From Pseudomonadota bacterium (GTDB taxonomy: Bacteria; Pseudomonadota; Gammaproteobacteria; Xanthomonadales; SZUA-38): 64,000 bases of DNA. The stretch spans positions 29,579 through 93,578 of the forward strand of contig JBCCCR010000022.1 of NCBI GenBank assembly GCA_039033415.1, in the 5' to 3' direction. The translations under genes and the position numbers were made by a program. This document shows, piece after piece, positions 8,684-17,322 of this stretch (positions are counted from its first letter, which is position 1; each line of letters opens with the position of its first letter). The notes beneath the pieces were generated by a model, which saw only the letters and a list, made by a program, of their open reading frames with translations, ran no database searches and was not told where the DNA came from.

Positions 8684-10507
8684 GTGACCGAAATTCGAAA
8701 CATTGCCATCATCGCTCACGTCGATCACGGCAAAACCACGCTGGTGGACCAGCTCCTGCAGCAGTCCGGCACGCTGGACGCCCGGGCTGAATTGCCTGAA
8801 CGCGCCATGGACTCCAACGACCTGGAGCGCGAGCGAGGCATTACGATCCTGTCCAAGAACACCGCGGTGACCTGGGGCGACTATCGGATCAACATCGTCG
8901 ACACCCCGGGCCACGCCGACTTTGGCGGTGAGGTAGAGCGTGTGCTGTCGATGGTGGACTCGGTGCTGCTGCTGGTGGACGCGGTGGAAGGCCCGATGCC
9001 TCAAACGCGGTTTGTAACTCGCAAAGCGTTCGATCTGGGCCTGAAGCCCATTGTGGTCATCAACAAGATGGACCGTGACGGGGCCCGGCCCAGCTGGGTG
9101 CTGGATCAGACGTTTGACCTCTTCGACCGTCTCGGCGCCACCGAGGAGCAGCTCGACTTCACCACCATTTACGCCTCCGCGGTGCAGGGTAAAGCGGGCC
9201 TTGAGCCCGACGCGCTGGACGACAGCCTGGACCCCCTGTTTCAGGTGATCACCGGCGAGGTGCCGGCGCCCGAGGTGGACCCGGACGCCCCGTTTCAGAT
9301 GCAGATCATCACGCTCGACTACTCATCCTATGTCGGCGTCATCGGCATCGGGCGGATCTCCCGCGGCCAGGTGAAGACCAACACGCCGGTGACCGTGGTG
9401 GCAGCTGACGGCTCGCAGCGCAGCGCGCGCGTGCTCCAGGTGCTGGGCATGACGGGGCTTGAGCGGTTTGAGGTGCCGAGCGCCAGCGCCGGCGACATCA
9501 TTGCGGTATCGGGCGTGGAGGGCTTAGGGATTTCCGACACGCTGTGCGACCGTCAGCAGCCAGAGGGTCTGCCGCAGCTGACCGTCGACGAACCCACCAT
9601 CAGCATGTCGTTCCGGGTGAACTCCTCACCGTTTGCAGGACGTGATGGGAAGTACTTAACGTCGCGGCAAATCCGCGAGCGACTCATGCGGGAGGCCAGC
9701 CACAACGTGGCGCTGCGGGTCGAGGATACGGCAGACCCGGACGTCTTCCAGGTCTCCGGCCGCGGCGAGCTGCACCTGGCCGTGCTGATTGAGACGATGC
9801 GCCGGGAAAAGTATGAGCTCGCGATCTCACGACCCAGGGTGGTGCTGAAGGAAGTTGACGGCGTGTTGTGTGAGCCTTATGAAGAGCTGGTGTGTGACCT
9901 TGACGAGGCCGGTCAGGGGGCCGTGATGCAGCGCCTCGGGGAACGCCGCGGCGAGCTGCGCAACATCAGCGCGGAAGGGGACGGCCGGGTCCGGCTCGAA
10001 TACGCCATCCCCTCACGCGGGCTGATCGGCTTTCAGTCGGAGTTCCGCACGCTCACGGCCGGCGAAGGTCTGATGCACCACCGCTTCGAAGACTTTCGTC
10101 CGCGCATCGACGAGCGTATCGCGCCCCGCAAGAATGGCGTGTTGATTTCTAACGGCACCGGCAAAGCGCTGGCCTATGCGCTGTTCAATCTTCAGGAGCG
10201 GGGCCGGATGATGATCGACGCCGGCGACGAGGTGTATGGCGGGCAGGTGATCGGTCAAAACTCGCGCAGCAACGACCTGACGGTGAATCCGCTCAAAGGT
10301 AAGCAGCTCAGCAATGTGCGCGCGGCCGGCAAAGATGATGCGCTGCTGCTCACCCCGCCGATCAAAATGTCGCTGGAGCAGTCGATGGAATTTATCGAAG
10401 ACGACGAGCTGGTGGAGGTCACGCCAACCGCGCTGCGGGTGCGTAAGGCGCTGCTCAGCGAGTCGGACCGCAAGCGGGCGGGGCGTGAGTCAAAGAGCGA
10501 CGCCTGA
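8684..10507 (+). CDS. typA: translational GTPase TypA/BipA
   Basis: '[16 protein letters not shown]' and '[14 protein letters not shown]' G-motifs with full-length BipA-like sequence. GTG start has GGAGAG 5 nt upstream. Confidence 0.95.
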   Translation: MTEIRNIAIIAHVDHGKTTLVDQLLQQSGTLDARAELPERAMDSNDLERERGITILSKNTAVTWGDYRINIVDTPGHADFGGEVERVLSMVDSVLLLVDAVEGPMPQTRFVTRKAFDLGLKPIVVINKMDRDGARPSWVLDQTFDLFDRLGATEEQLDFTTIYASAVQGKAGLEPDALDDSLDPLFQVITGEVPAPEVDPDAPFQMQIITLDYSSYVGVIGIGRISRGQVKTNTPVTVVAADGSQRSARVLQVLGMTGLERFEVPSASAGDIIAVSGVEGLGISDTLCDRQQPEGLPQLTVDEPTISMSFRVNSSPFAGRDGKYLTSRQIRERLMREASHNVALRVEDTADPDVFQVSGRGELHLAVLIETMRREKYELAISRPRVVLKEVDGVLCEPYEELVCDLDEAGQGAVMQRLGERRGELRNISAEGDGRVRLEYAIPSRGLIGFQSEFRTLTAGEGLMHHRFEDFRPRIDERIAPRKNGVLISNGTGKALAYALFNLQERGRMMIDAGDEVYGGQVIGQNSRSNDLTVNPLKGKQLSNVRAAGKDDALLLTPPIKMSLEQSMEFIEDDELVEVTPTALRVRKALLSESDRKRAGRESKSDA

Positions 10508-10527
10508 ACCAGGCATGCAACCGTAGC

Positions 10528-11451
10528 TTAGGCTGAGCCGGCTAGCCGGCTTCGCACTCCGTGCCACCAGCGCCGCACGGGTGAGCGGGCCCGCGACAAG
10601 CGCCGCTGCAGCGGCTCGATCCGCTGCAGGCTCTCGAAGATCCCGCTGGCGAGCAGTTCGTCGAACGCCCCAAACTGCGACCAGTGCAGGGCCTTCACCT
10701 CGGGATAGAACACAAAGTCAGCCGCGCTCGCCTGCAGGTGGGCTAGCGTTATCTGGGTCAGGTGCTCTGCGCGCATCATTAAGGAATACACGCTGAGCTG
10801 CTCAAGCTTAGGCAGTCGTCGCTGATTCACCTCGCTGGCGATCACAAAATCCACCTTCGACCGCAGGGGCTCCACCGGCACGGGGAGAAACACGCCGCCG
10901 TCAGCCAGCACGCTGGCGTCATTGATCTCCGCCTCCAGCACCCCCGGGATGCTGGCGCTGTTGCACAGCGCGTTGATCAGGTCACCTTCTTCGTACACCA
11001 CCGCCTCGCCGGCGTTGAGGTCAGCCGCACAAACCATGAGCGGGATCTTAAGTTCGGCAAACGTTCGCGCCGGCACCAAAAACTCAAGCGCCTCGCGGAG
11101 CAGCCCGCGCGGGATGATGTACTGACGCAGTAGCGACAGGTTCACCACCATGTGGTCTTTGAGGCGGCGGGAAAACACGCCACCGTCCGAATCGCGCTCG
11201 TAGCGCTGCGCCAGCCGCTGCGTGCCGAGGCGGAGAAACGCTTCGCTTTGAAGAAACTGGCGGAAATGAGACTCAATCCAAAGTGGGTCTGGCCGGGACG
11301 CGTACATGGCCGCAATGATGGCGCCCGCGGAGGTCCCCGCCAGCCGGTCTACCGTCACACCGTGTTCATGAAGGGTCTTTAATACTCCGATGTGTGCAAT
11401 GCCTCGGGCACCACCGCCGGCCAGCGCCAGTCCCGTGAGGATTCTCGCCAT
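10528..11451 (-). CDS. patatin-like phospholipase family protein
   Basis: 'LALAGGGARGIAHIGVL' oxyanion motif and 'GTSAG' nucleophile elbow. Strong SD (GGAAGGAG) upstream. Confidence 0.85.
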   Translation of the reverse strand: MARILTGLALAGGGARGIAHIGVLKTLHEHGVTVDRLAGTSAGAIIAAMYASRPDPLWIESHFRQFLQSEAFLRLGTQRLAQRYERDSDGGVFSRRLKDHMVVNLSLLRQYIIPRGLLREALEFLVPARTFAELKIPLMVCAADLNAGEAVVYEEGDLINALCNSASIPGVLEAEINDASVLADGGVFLPVPVEPLRSKVDFVIASEVNQRRLPKLEQLSVYSLMMRAEHLTQITLAHLQASAADFVFYPEVKALHWSQFGAFDELLASGIFESLQRIEPLQRRLSRARSPVRRWWHGVRSRLAGSA

Positions 11452-11692
11452 GCCGACGCTCCTTCCTGGATGCGGTGAGTGTGCCCTGATGACCAGGCGA
11501 TTGCACTTATCGACAACCCCTTAAGTGCAACTGATCCAGGGATTAAGTTGTCTACACTGGGGACGGCGCCTGACTCTCCCGCGTTCGGGCTGAGCGACGC
11601 CACAGGAAAAACGGCCTAAATCCAGAGGTTCGGCAGGTTTTCTCAACCTCCTGCGCCTTGCCTGGCCCACGGACTCGTTCTACTCTTTGCTT

Positions 11693-13222
11693 ATGACACC
11701 AGTGTCCACGCGTCATTCTTTATGCTTCAGTCTGCTGCTTGCGGTCGCGCTGAGCGGCGCAACCCCGTTTGCCGGCGCCCAAACTTTGCCCGAAACTGAG
11801 GCGGCTACCGCCCCGCAGGACGCTCAGTCCAGCGCTGAAGCATCCAACCTTCCGGCCGCTGCTGCGGACGACGTCACGCCCTCACCGGGCGTTGTAGAAG
11901 CTGAGCTCGACGACGAAGAGCAGGCGATGTACGACGAGCTGACCGGGACGGACTCATCCAAGCGGGAGTCGAAGTTCGGCCAAATCGGCGACCTGCGTGT
12001 CGACCGTTACGAGGCTCGCCAGGTATTCATCAACTACATGCGGTCTGAGGAGTATCCGCAGGCGATTGACGCCGCGGCGACCGGGCTTGAGCTGACCCGC
12101 ACCGAGCTCGGTGAAGGTCATCTCGAAACCGTGCCCTATATCAATGATCTCGGCAACGCGCTCCTGCGCAACGGTCAGCCTGGCGAGGCGCGCATCCAGT
12201 TTGAAAAGAGCGTCAACCTCCTGCGCGAAAAGGCGGGCATCTTCAGCACCGAGCTGGTGGAGCCTCTGATCGGCATGGGCCTGGCGTTCCAGGATATGTC
12301 TGAGCACGACCAGGCGATCGATACCTTCAACTACGCGCAGCACGTGACCCACCGGGATCAGGGTGTCTACAACCTCGATCAGATTCGCATTATTGAAGCC
12401 ACCGCCAGCAGCTTTGCGGCACAGGAGCAGTGGCTGCAGGCGGAAAACCTGCACCTCCTGGCCTACAAGCTCTACAAGCGCAACTACGGCGTCGACAGCG
12501 AGGACGCGCTGCCGGGCCTTTACCGACTCGCCCGCTGGTATCAGCAGGTACAGGACTATCGCCAGGCGCGGGTGGTATACCGCAAAGCGATGGCCAGCAT
12601 CGCCGAGATTCACGGCGAGCGTTCGCCCAAGCTGATTCCGCCGTTGAAAGGTATTGCCGGGGCTTATCTCGAAGAGAACGGTCCGGACGCGATCAAAGGG
12701 CTCCGCGCCTCCGAAGACATTCTGGACATCATGAACGACAACCCCCAGGAGTTCAGCATGGAGCAGCGCATCCTGGCGCACCTGGAGATGGGTGACTGGT
12801 TTGTGCAGTTCAATCGGTCCGATGACGCCTGGGGGCAATATCGGGCCGGCTGGGAGCTGGCCCAGACCGATGGGGAAAGCGGCCGCGACTGGTCGCAGTA
12901 TTTCGACCGGCCGCACCTGATCTACCCCGGCGCCCGGCTGGGTCTTGAGGTGATTGGCTACGGCCGGGTCGGCGATGAGGTTTACTACGACTTCCAGTTT
13001 ACGATCGCCCGCAGCGGCCGACCCGAAGATATCGAAATTATCGGCACCAACCTTCACGGACAGACCCGATCGGTCGCGCTGCAGGCGTTTCGCTTTGCGC
13101 GGTTCCGGCCCCGCATCGTTGATGGTGCGACGGTGGCCACGCCGGGCTACAAGGTCCGCCGGGTTTATCCCACCGACGCGCCCCCCGGCTACGGCACGGC
13201 GGACGTTGGGCAGCGTGGCTAG
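11693..13222 (+). CDS. secreted TPR-repeat protein with a TonB-C-terminal-like domain
   Basis: Signal peptide 'LLLAVALSGATPFAGAQ', then TPR-like helical repeats. The C-terminus 'VYYDFQFTIARSGRPEDIEIIG...ALQAFRFARFRPRIVDG' follows the TonB_C pattern. The start is moved to ATG 11693 because the track start is TTG 11687. Confidence 0.65.
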   Translation: MTPVSTRHSLCFSLLLAVALSGATPFAGAQTLPETEAATAPQDAQSSAEASNLPAAAADDVTPSPGVVEAELDDEEQAMYDELTGTDSSKRESKFGQIGDLRVDRYEARQVFINYMRSEEYPQAIDAAATGLELTRTELGEGHLETVPYINDLGNALLRNGQPGEARIQFEKSVNLLREKAGIFSTELVEPLIGMGLAFQDMSEHDQAIDTFNYAQHVTHRDQGVYNLDQIRIIEATASSFAAQEQWLQAENLHLLAYKLYKRNYGVDSEDALPGLYRLARWYQQVQDYRQARVVYRKAMASIAEIHGERSPKLIPPLKGIAGAYLEENGPDAIKGLRASEDILDIMNDNPQEFSMEQRILAHLEMGDWFVQFNRSDDAWGQYRAGWELAQTDGESGRDWSQYFDRPHLIYPGARLGLEVIGYGRVGDEVYYDFQFTIARSGRPEDIEIIGTNLHGQTRSVALQAFRFARFRPRIVDGATVATPGYKVRRVYPTDAPPGYGTADVGQRG

Positions 13223-13272
13223 ACCACACCTCGTCAATTGCGCCGCGGATCTCATGACGATCCGTCAGGCAT

Positions 13273-13306
13273 AAAAAAAGCGGCTTACTCGAGCCGCTTT
13301 TTTTTT
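13273..13306. terminator. bidirectional rho-independent terminator
   Basis: A7 run, stem 'agcggct' (13279-85) paired with 'agccgct' (13292-98), 6-nt loop, then a T9 run (13298-13306). It lies between convergent genes. Confidence 0.8.
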
Positions 13307-13346
13307 CGGGGAATCGGTTCCGACACCGCCCTGAAGCGTTAAGACA

Positions 13347-14003
13347 TTAACCTGCCAGAATGTCACCGAGCTGCTGGCCAAGACTCTTGCACGACGCGTT
13401 CTTGGTCCGGGCAATCAGCGGCAGCGGCACACCCAAAGCGGGCACCACCGACGTGCCGGTGGCCTCCGTGCTGATGATGCCCATGGGCTCGCCGGCCTGG
13501 ATATCCCAGATGGACGCTTCATAGTTGGAGTTGTTGTCCCAGCTCAAGACCCCGAGACAGCCACCGCCGGCCGGGCTGAGCGTACAGGTCATCACCCCCT
13601 GCTTGTTGCGGGCCTCCGACTCGCCGTGGATCCACACCAGGTAGCGGACGTTGAGGTCTTCCACTCGCTTGGCGATGACCGGCTCTTCGAGCAGCACGTT
13701 CACCAGCTCCGCCCGGGTGGGCGCCAGCCGCGGCTCAAACCAGGGAAACATCTCGTCTTTGAAGCGGTTCTCGCTGATGATATTGACGTCACCGGCCCGG
13801 GATCGGAGCTGGCCGAAGAGGCACTCGGAGAAGCTGTCTTCGGTCTCGATCACAGCGTCCTGGCGATTGGTGAGGATCACCACCGACTCGTCGCCGCTCA
13901 TATCCAGATCGGTTTGCATAAACTCTTCCACGCGCGCCGTGACGCAACCCGACAGCGCGACCGTCAGCGCGGCCGTGACACCCAGTCGAAAACCTGGATT
14001 CAT
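13347..14003 (-). CDS. hypothetical lipoprotein
   Basis: Lipobox 'ALSGC' after 'MNPGFRLGVTAALTV'. ATG 14003 forms an ATGA overlap with the upstream lipoprotein gene stop. Confidence 0.7.
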   Translation of the reverse strand: MNPGFRLGVTAALTVALSGCVTARVEEFMQTDLDMSGDESVVILTNRQDAVIETEDSFSECLFGQLRSRAGDVNIISENRFKDEMFPWFEPRLAPTRAELVNVLLEEPVIAKRVEDLNVRYLVWIHGESEARNKQGVMTCTLSPAGGGCLGVLSWDNNSNYEASIWDIQAGEPMGIISTEATGTSVVPALGVPLPLIARTKNASCKSLGQQLGDILAG

Positions 14004-14638
14004 GGTGAACTTACCTCGTTTGGTGGCAGCGGCGTGCGCCACTGCTGCTTTTCAACAACGCCTTTGAACTGGCTGACCATGGCGGCGGCGGCATCGCGCA
14101 GTGCGAGCGTCGTCGCCTCGCCGAGTGACTGGTTGCCGTTAACAAACCGCTTGCGGTCTTTGCCGTAGGCGACAAATGGCCAGTACCCCACAATGGTGCC
14201 CTGGTCGGAATAGAGCCGGATCTGATACTTCATCGAGACGGCGTAAAAGTTGGTGGCGGTCTCAGCGGGCGACAGAAACGCATATTCTTCGAGGACCGGT
14301 TCGAGCACAAGGTCGACGCCATAGCTGGAGTTGTCCTGATCTGGGCTGGGTACCGCGATGGTCTGCTCGAACAGCGCGCCGAAGATTTTGTCGTACACCG
14401 CCTGCTGTTTGGTGCCCAGCTCGAAGGTCAGCTTGCCTTCCTCTTCGGTGTAAACGTACTGGCTGAACTGCGGGCTGTAATAGATGCCGGCGCTGAAGGG
14501 CAGGGGCTGCACAACCGGCTCAGGAAACTCCTGCTCGATGACCACCGTGCCGGCGCAGCCGGCGAGGGTCAAAGCCATTAGCAGGGCGAACAACAGACGG
14601 ATGGGACGCCGCTCTCGGCGTTGCGGATGGATCCTCAC
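14000..14638 (-). CDS. hypothetical lipoprotein
   Basis: 'LLFALLMALTLAGC' lipobox. GTG start. Translationally coupled to the downstream lipoprotein gene. Confidence 0.7.
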   Translation of the reverse strand: MRIHPQRRERRPIRLLFALLMALTLAGCAGTVVIEQEFPEPVVQPLPFSAGIYYSPQFSQYVYTEEEGKLTFELGTKQQAVYDKIFGALFEQTIAVPSPDQDNSSYGVDLVLEPVLEEYAFLSPAETATNFYAVSMKYQIRLYSDQGTIVGYWPFVAYGKDRKRFVNGNQSLGEATTLALRDAAAAMVSQFKGVVEKQQWRTPLPPNEVSSP

Positions 14639-14876
14639 GGGTGGGCTGTCCCTGTCGATTTGCTCATGCTGCTGCGTGGCCTCATCTGAAAGTGACCGCT
14701 CGTCGGGCGAAAAGGTTGCATTTAAGTCTACACCTAAGCACCACGAAGCGCTCCGTACAGTAAAAGTATCGCGTTACCCGTCGTAAGGCCGTGAATTGGC
14801 GGGAAATCGCCCACAGCCACTACGAAGCTTTTAGTATTTTGCTGAGCGGCCCTGCGTCTTGCAACTATTTGGCGAT

Positions 14877-14882
14877 TATAAT
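14877..14882 (+). promoter_or_regulatory. perfect -10 hexamer TATAAT upstream of the nine-gene operon (no convincing -35)
   Basis: Consensus TATAAT in a GC-rich divergent intergenic region, 49 nt upstream of ATG 14931. The nearest TTGCAA (14859-64) is only 12 nt away, which is non-canonical spacing. Confidence 0.3.
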
Positions 14883-14930
14883 GGTCTGGTACATAGCGCA
14901 AACGCGACACGACCCGTGGAGAGCAACACC

Positions 14931-16097
14931 ATGAAGCAGCCGGTGCAAAACCTGTCTAGGACGTTGGGAACGCCTTTGGCGAACCCCGTAGCTACGCCTG
15001 CACGCTGGCTCCCGGTGTGTTTGCTGGCGCTGGCCGCCGGGTGCGCCAGCCAGAGCCAAATGCAGCAGCAGCAAATGCCGCAGATGCCGTCTCCTTCGGC
15101 CTCCCCGCCGTCGCCACCGTCGATGCCGTCGTCGTCGCCGAGCATGCCGTCGCCCTCGCCGAGCATGCCGACCCCGAGTATGCCGTCACCCAGCATGCCA
15201 ACACCGTCGATGCCAACACCTTCGGGCGCCCCTTCTTCACCGAGTCCAGAGCAGTCGCCAAGTGCCCAGCCGCCGGGTTCCAGCAGCCCGAGTGAAGCCG
15301 GCGCGGAGTCGCAGGCGAACGCCGAGTCGAGCGCGGCTGGCGGTACCAGCGAGCTGGAAGTCTTAGAGCCGGAAGAGTCCGAAGCGTCCGCGGATGCGAG
15401 CGCTGAGCCCACCTGGGACGAAGGAGAAAGCGGTGGCGAAGAGTCGCTCGCCGACGCCTCCGAGAGCTCGGCGGGTGGCGGTGCATCGGGCGGCGAAGAG
15501 TCGCTGGAAGAAGAATCACTCGCTGAGGCCGGTGAAGCCGGTGCCAGCGGCGGCGCGCCGGGCGGCGGCGACCCCACCAGCGGCGAGATGGCTGCCGCCA
15601 CCGGCGGCATGCCGGGCGGCGCTTCACCGGCGGGTACGGAGCAGTCGCTTGAGGCGGAGCTGAATAGTTCGCTCGAGATCTTCGAAGGTGAAATGGAACG
15701 CACCATCACCATCCTGGCCTCCAATGACGATGCTGACGGCGATGCGCAGGGCGCCGCCGGCGGCAACGGCGGCGAAGAGGAAGAGGGTGGGCTGTTTGAT
15801 CAGACGGGTGCCGGCGCTGAGCTGGTGCTGGTAAACGGCGATCCCTCGCTGCTGCCGGGTAGTTCCCAGGACGTGGATGGTGAGACGGGCGACGAACCGA
15901 TCACCGGCCGGCCCGGGCTGGAAGGCGGGGGTACGGCCAACGAAACTTATCCTCGCGTACCGGGCGATGTGGGTGACGGCCTGGACGACGACGTGGTCGC
16001 GCGTCAGATTCGTGAAGCAGCGATCAACGAAGACGACCCGTCGCTGCGTGAGAAGCTGTGGGAAGAGTACCGCAACTACAAAAAATCCATTCAATGA
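14931..16097 (+). CDS. lipoprotein with Pro/Ser/Met tandem repeats and a long polyacidic, low-complexity region
   Basis: Lipobox 'LALAAGC', then 'PSMPSSSPSMPSPSPSMPTPSMPSPSMPTPSMPTPS', then about 250 aa rich in E/D/G/S/A. The C-terminus 'DDVVARQIREAAINEDDPSLREKLWEEYRNYKK' looks more ordered. Start at ATG 14931 with GGAGA 8 nt upstream (the track start is TTG 14859). Confidence 0.7.
   Translation: MKQPVQNLSRTLGTPLANPVATPARWLPVCLLALAAGCASQSQMQQQQMPQMPSPSASPPSPPSMPSSSPSMPSPSPSMPTPSMPSPSMPTPSMPTPSGAPSSPSPEQSPSAQPPGSSSPSEAGAESQANAESSAAGGTSELEVLEPEESEASADASAEPTWDEGESGGEESLADASESSAGGGASGGEESLEEESLAEAGEAGASGGAPGGGDPTSGEMAAATGGMPGGASPAGTEQSLEAELNSSLEIFEGEMERTITILASNDDADGDAQGAAGGNGGEEEEGGLFDQTGAGAELVLVNGDPSLLPGSSQDVDGETGDEPITGRPGLEGGGTANETYPRVPGDVGDGLDDDVVARQIREAAINEDDPSLREKLWEEYRNYKKSIQ
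15069..15225 (+). repeat. imperfect in-frame tandem repeat (15-21 nt units containing 'ATGCC(G/A)') encoding (P-S-M-P-S/T)n
   Basis: 'atgcc' recurs at 15075, 15084, 15123, 15144, 15165, 15180, 15195 and 15210. The last four are spaced exactly 15 nt apart. Confidence 0.75.
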
Positions 16098-16105
16098 GGA
16101 ACGTC

Positions 16106-17311
16106 ATGTCAAGGATCGTTTCAGTGACCGTTGTGCTGGCCCTTGCGGCTGCCCTGTCCGCTTGCACCACCGCCACGGTGAAAACCGTTAACTCGGTTCA
16201 AATCGACAAAGCCGATCAGGAGCTGGCTCAGGATCAGCTGCTGGATGTGGGTCTGCAGATTTTTAATCCGGGCATACCCGCCGACCAGGAAGACCGGGAA
16301 GACGACAACATCTATCCGGCCGTCCGCCGGGCTGAGGCTCGCTACGTCCCTTACCTGCTGCGGACCACGCTCGAGGAGTCTAACCAATGGGGGGCGGTGC
16401 GGGTGCTGCCGGGTGAAGACCCGGCCTCTGAGGTCACCGTCACCGGCGAGATTCTCCACTCCGACGGCGTGGTGCTGGAGGTGCGCGTCACCGCCACCGA
16501 CGCCACCGGGCGCACCTGGTTGGATAAGAAGTACGCTGACCTGGCGACCCAGTTTGCCTATCGCGACGACGTGGAGTACGACGGCGATGCGTTTCAGGAT
16601 CTGTACAACCTGGTCGCCAACGATCTGCGCAAGGCGCGCGACGAGCTGAGCCGTGAGGAGCTCAAGGAGATCCGCACCGTGGCCAATCTGCGCTACGCGG
16701 CGGAGGTGGCGCCGGACGCGTTCGGCAACCACCTGACCGAAGATCGCAACGGAGACGTGGTCATAAACCGCCTGCCCGCGTACGACGATCCGATGATGCG
16801 CCGCGTGGCCCGCATCCGGGAGAGTGAGTACCTGTTTATCGATACGGTCGATCAGCAGTACGCGGTGTTTTATCAGCAGATGGATCCCAGCTACGACCAG
16901 TGGCGTCGATACTCCTACGAGGAGACGCTGGCCGAAGAAGACATCAAGCGCTCCGCCCGGACCCGTATGCTCGCCGGCCTGCTGGGTGTGGTGGGTGGCG
17001 CGGCCATCTCGTCCAACGCCAACGGCAACTGGGCCCAGAACAGTATCGGCAACGCTGCCGCGCTGGGCGGCCTATACGCCCTGAAGCAGAGCTACGACAC
17101 CTATCAGGAAGCCAAGATCCACCAGGAGGCGCTCAAAGAACTCGCCGCGTCGTTCGACGCTGAGGTCAAGCCGATTGTGCTGGAGGTGGAAGGTGAGGTC
17201 GTGAAACTCAACGGCACCCTCGACGCGCAGTACCAGGAATGGCGTCGGCTGATGCGGGAGATCTACGAAGCCGAGACCGGCATACCCGTAGCGGACGCGG
17301 TTCCGCAATAA
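16106..17311 (+). CDS. hypothetical lipoprotein
   Basis: 'VVLALAAALSAC' lipobox. ATG 16106 has GAGGA 5 nt upstream. The in-frame ATG 16094 (ATGA overlap with the upstream stop) is an alternative start. Confidence 0.7.
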   Translation: MSRIVSVTVVLALAAALSACTTATVKTVNSVQIDKADQELAQDQLLDVGLQIFNPGIPADQEDREDDNIYPAVRRAEARYVPYLLRTTLEESNQWGAVRVLPGEDPASEVTVTGEILHSDGVVLEVRVTATDATGRTWLDKKYADLATQFAYRDDVEYDGDAFQDLYNLVANDLRKARDELSREELKEIRTVANLRYAAEVAPDAFGNHLTEDRNGDVVINRLPAYDDPMMRRVARIRESEYLFIDTVDQQYAVFYQQMDPSYDQWRRYSYEETLAEEDIKRSARTRMLAGLLGVVGGAAISSNANGNWAQNSIGNAAALGGLYALKQSYDTYQEAKIHQEALKELAASFDAEVKPIVLEVEGEVVKLNGTLDAQYQEWRRLMREIYEAETGIPVADAVPQ

Positions 17312-17322
17312 GCGACGACCCC

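Noticed and set aside
11954-13255. 433-aa minus-strand ORF
   Set aside because: It is antisense to the TPR/TonB_C-like gene and runs through the bidirectional terminator region. It has no motifs and is a high-GC antisense artefact.
15069-15225. Possible CRISPR-like or minisatellite array
   Set aside because: The units are 15-21 nt, in frame, and lie inside a coding sequence (PSMP repeats). There are no unique spacers of CRISPR size and no cas genes anywhere in the window.
14876-15766. 296-aa and 211-aa minus-strand ORFs across the PSMP/acidic repeat region
   Set aside because: Low-complexity antisense frames stay open by chance in repeats. The plus-strand frame has an SD, a lipobox, and operon coupling.
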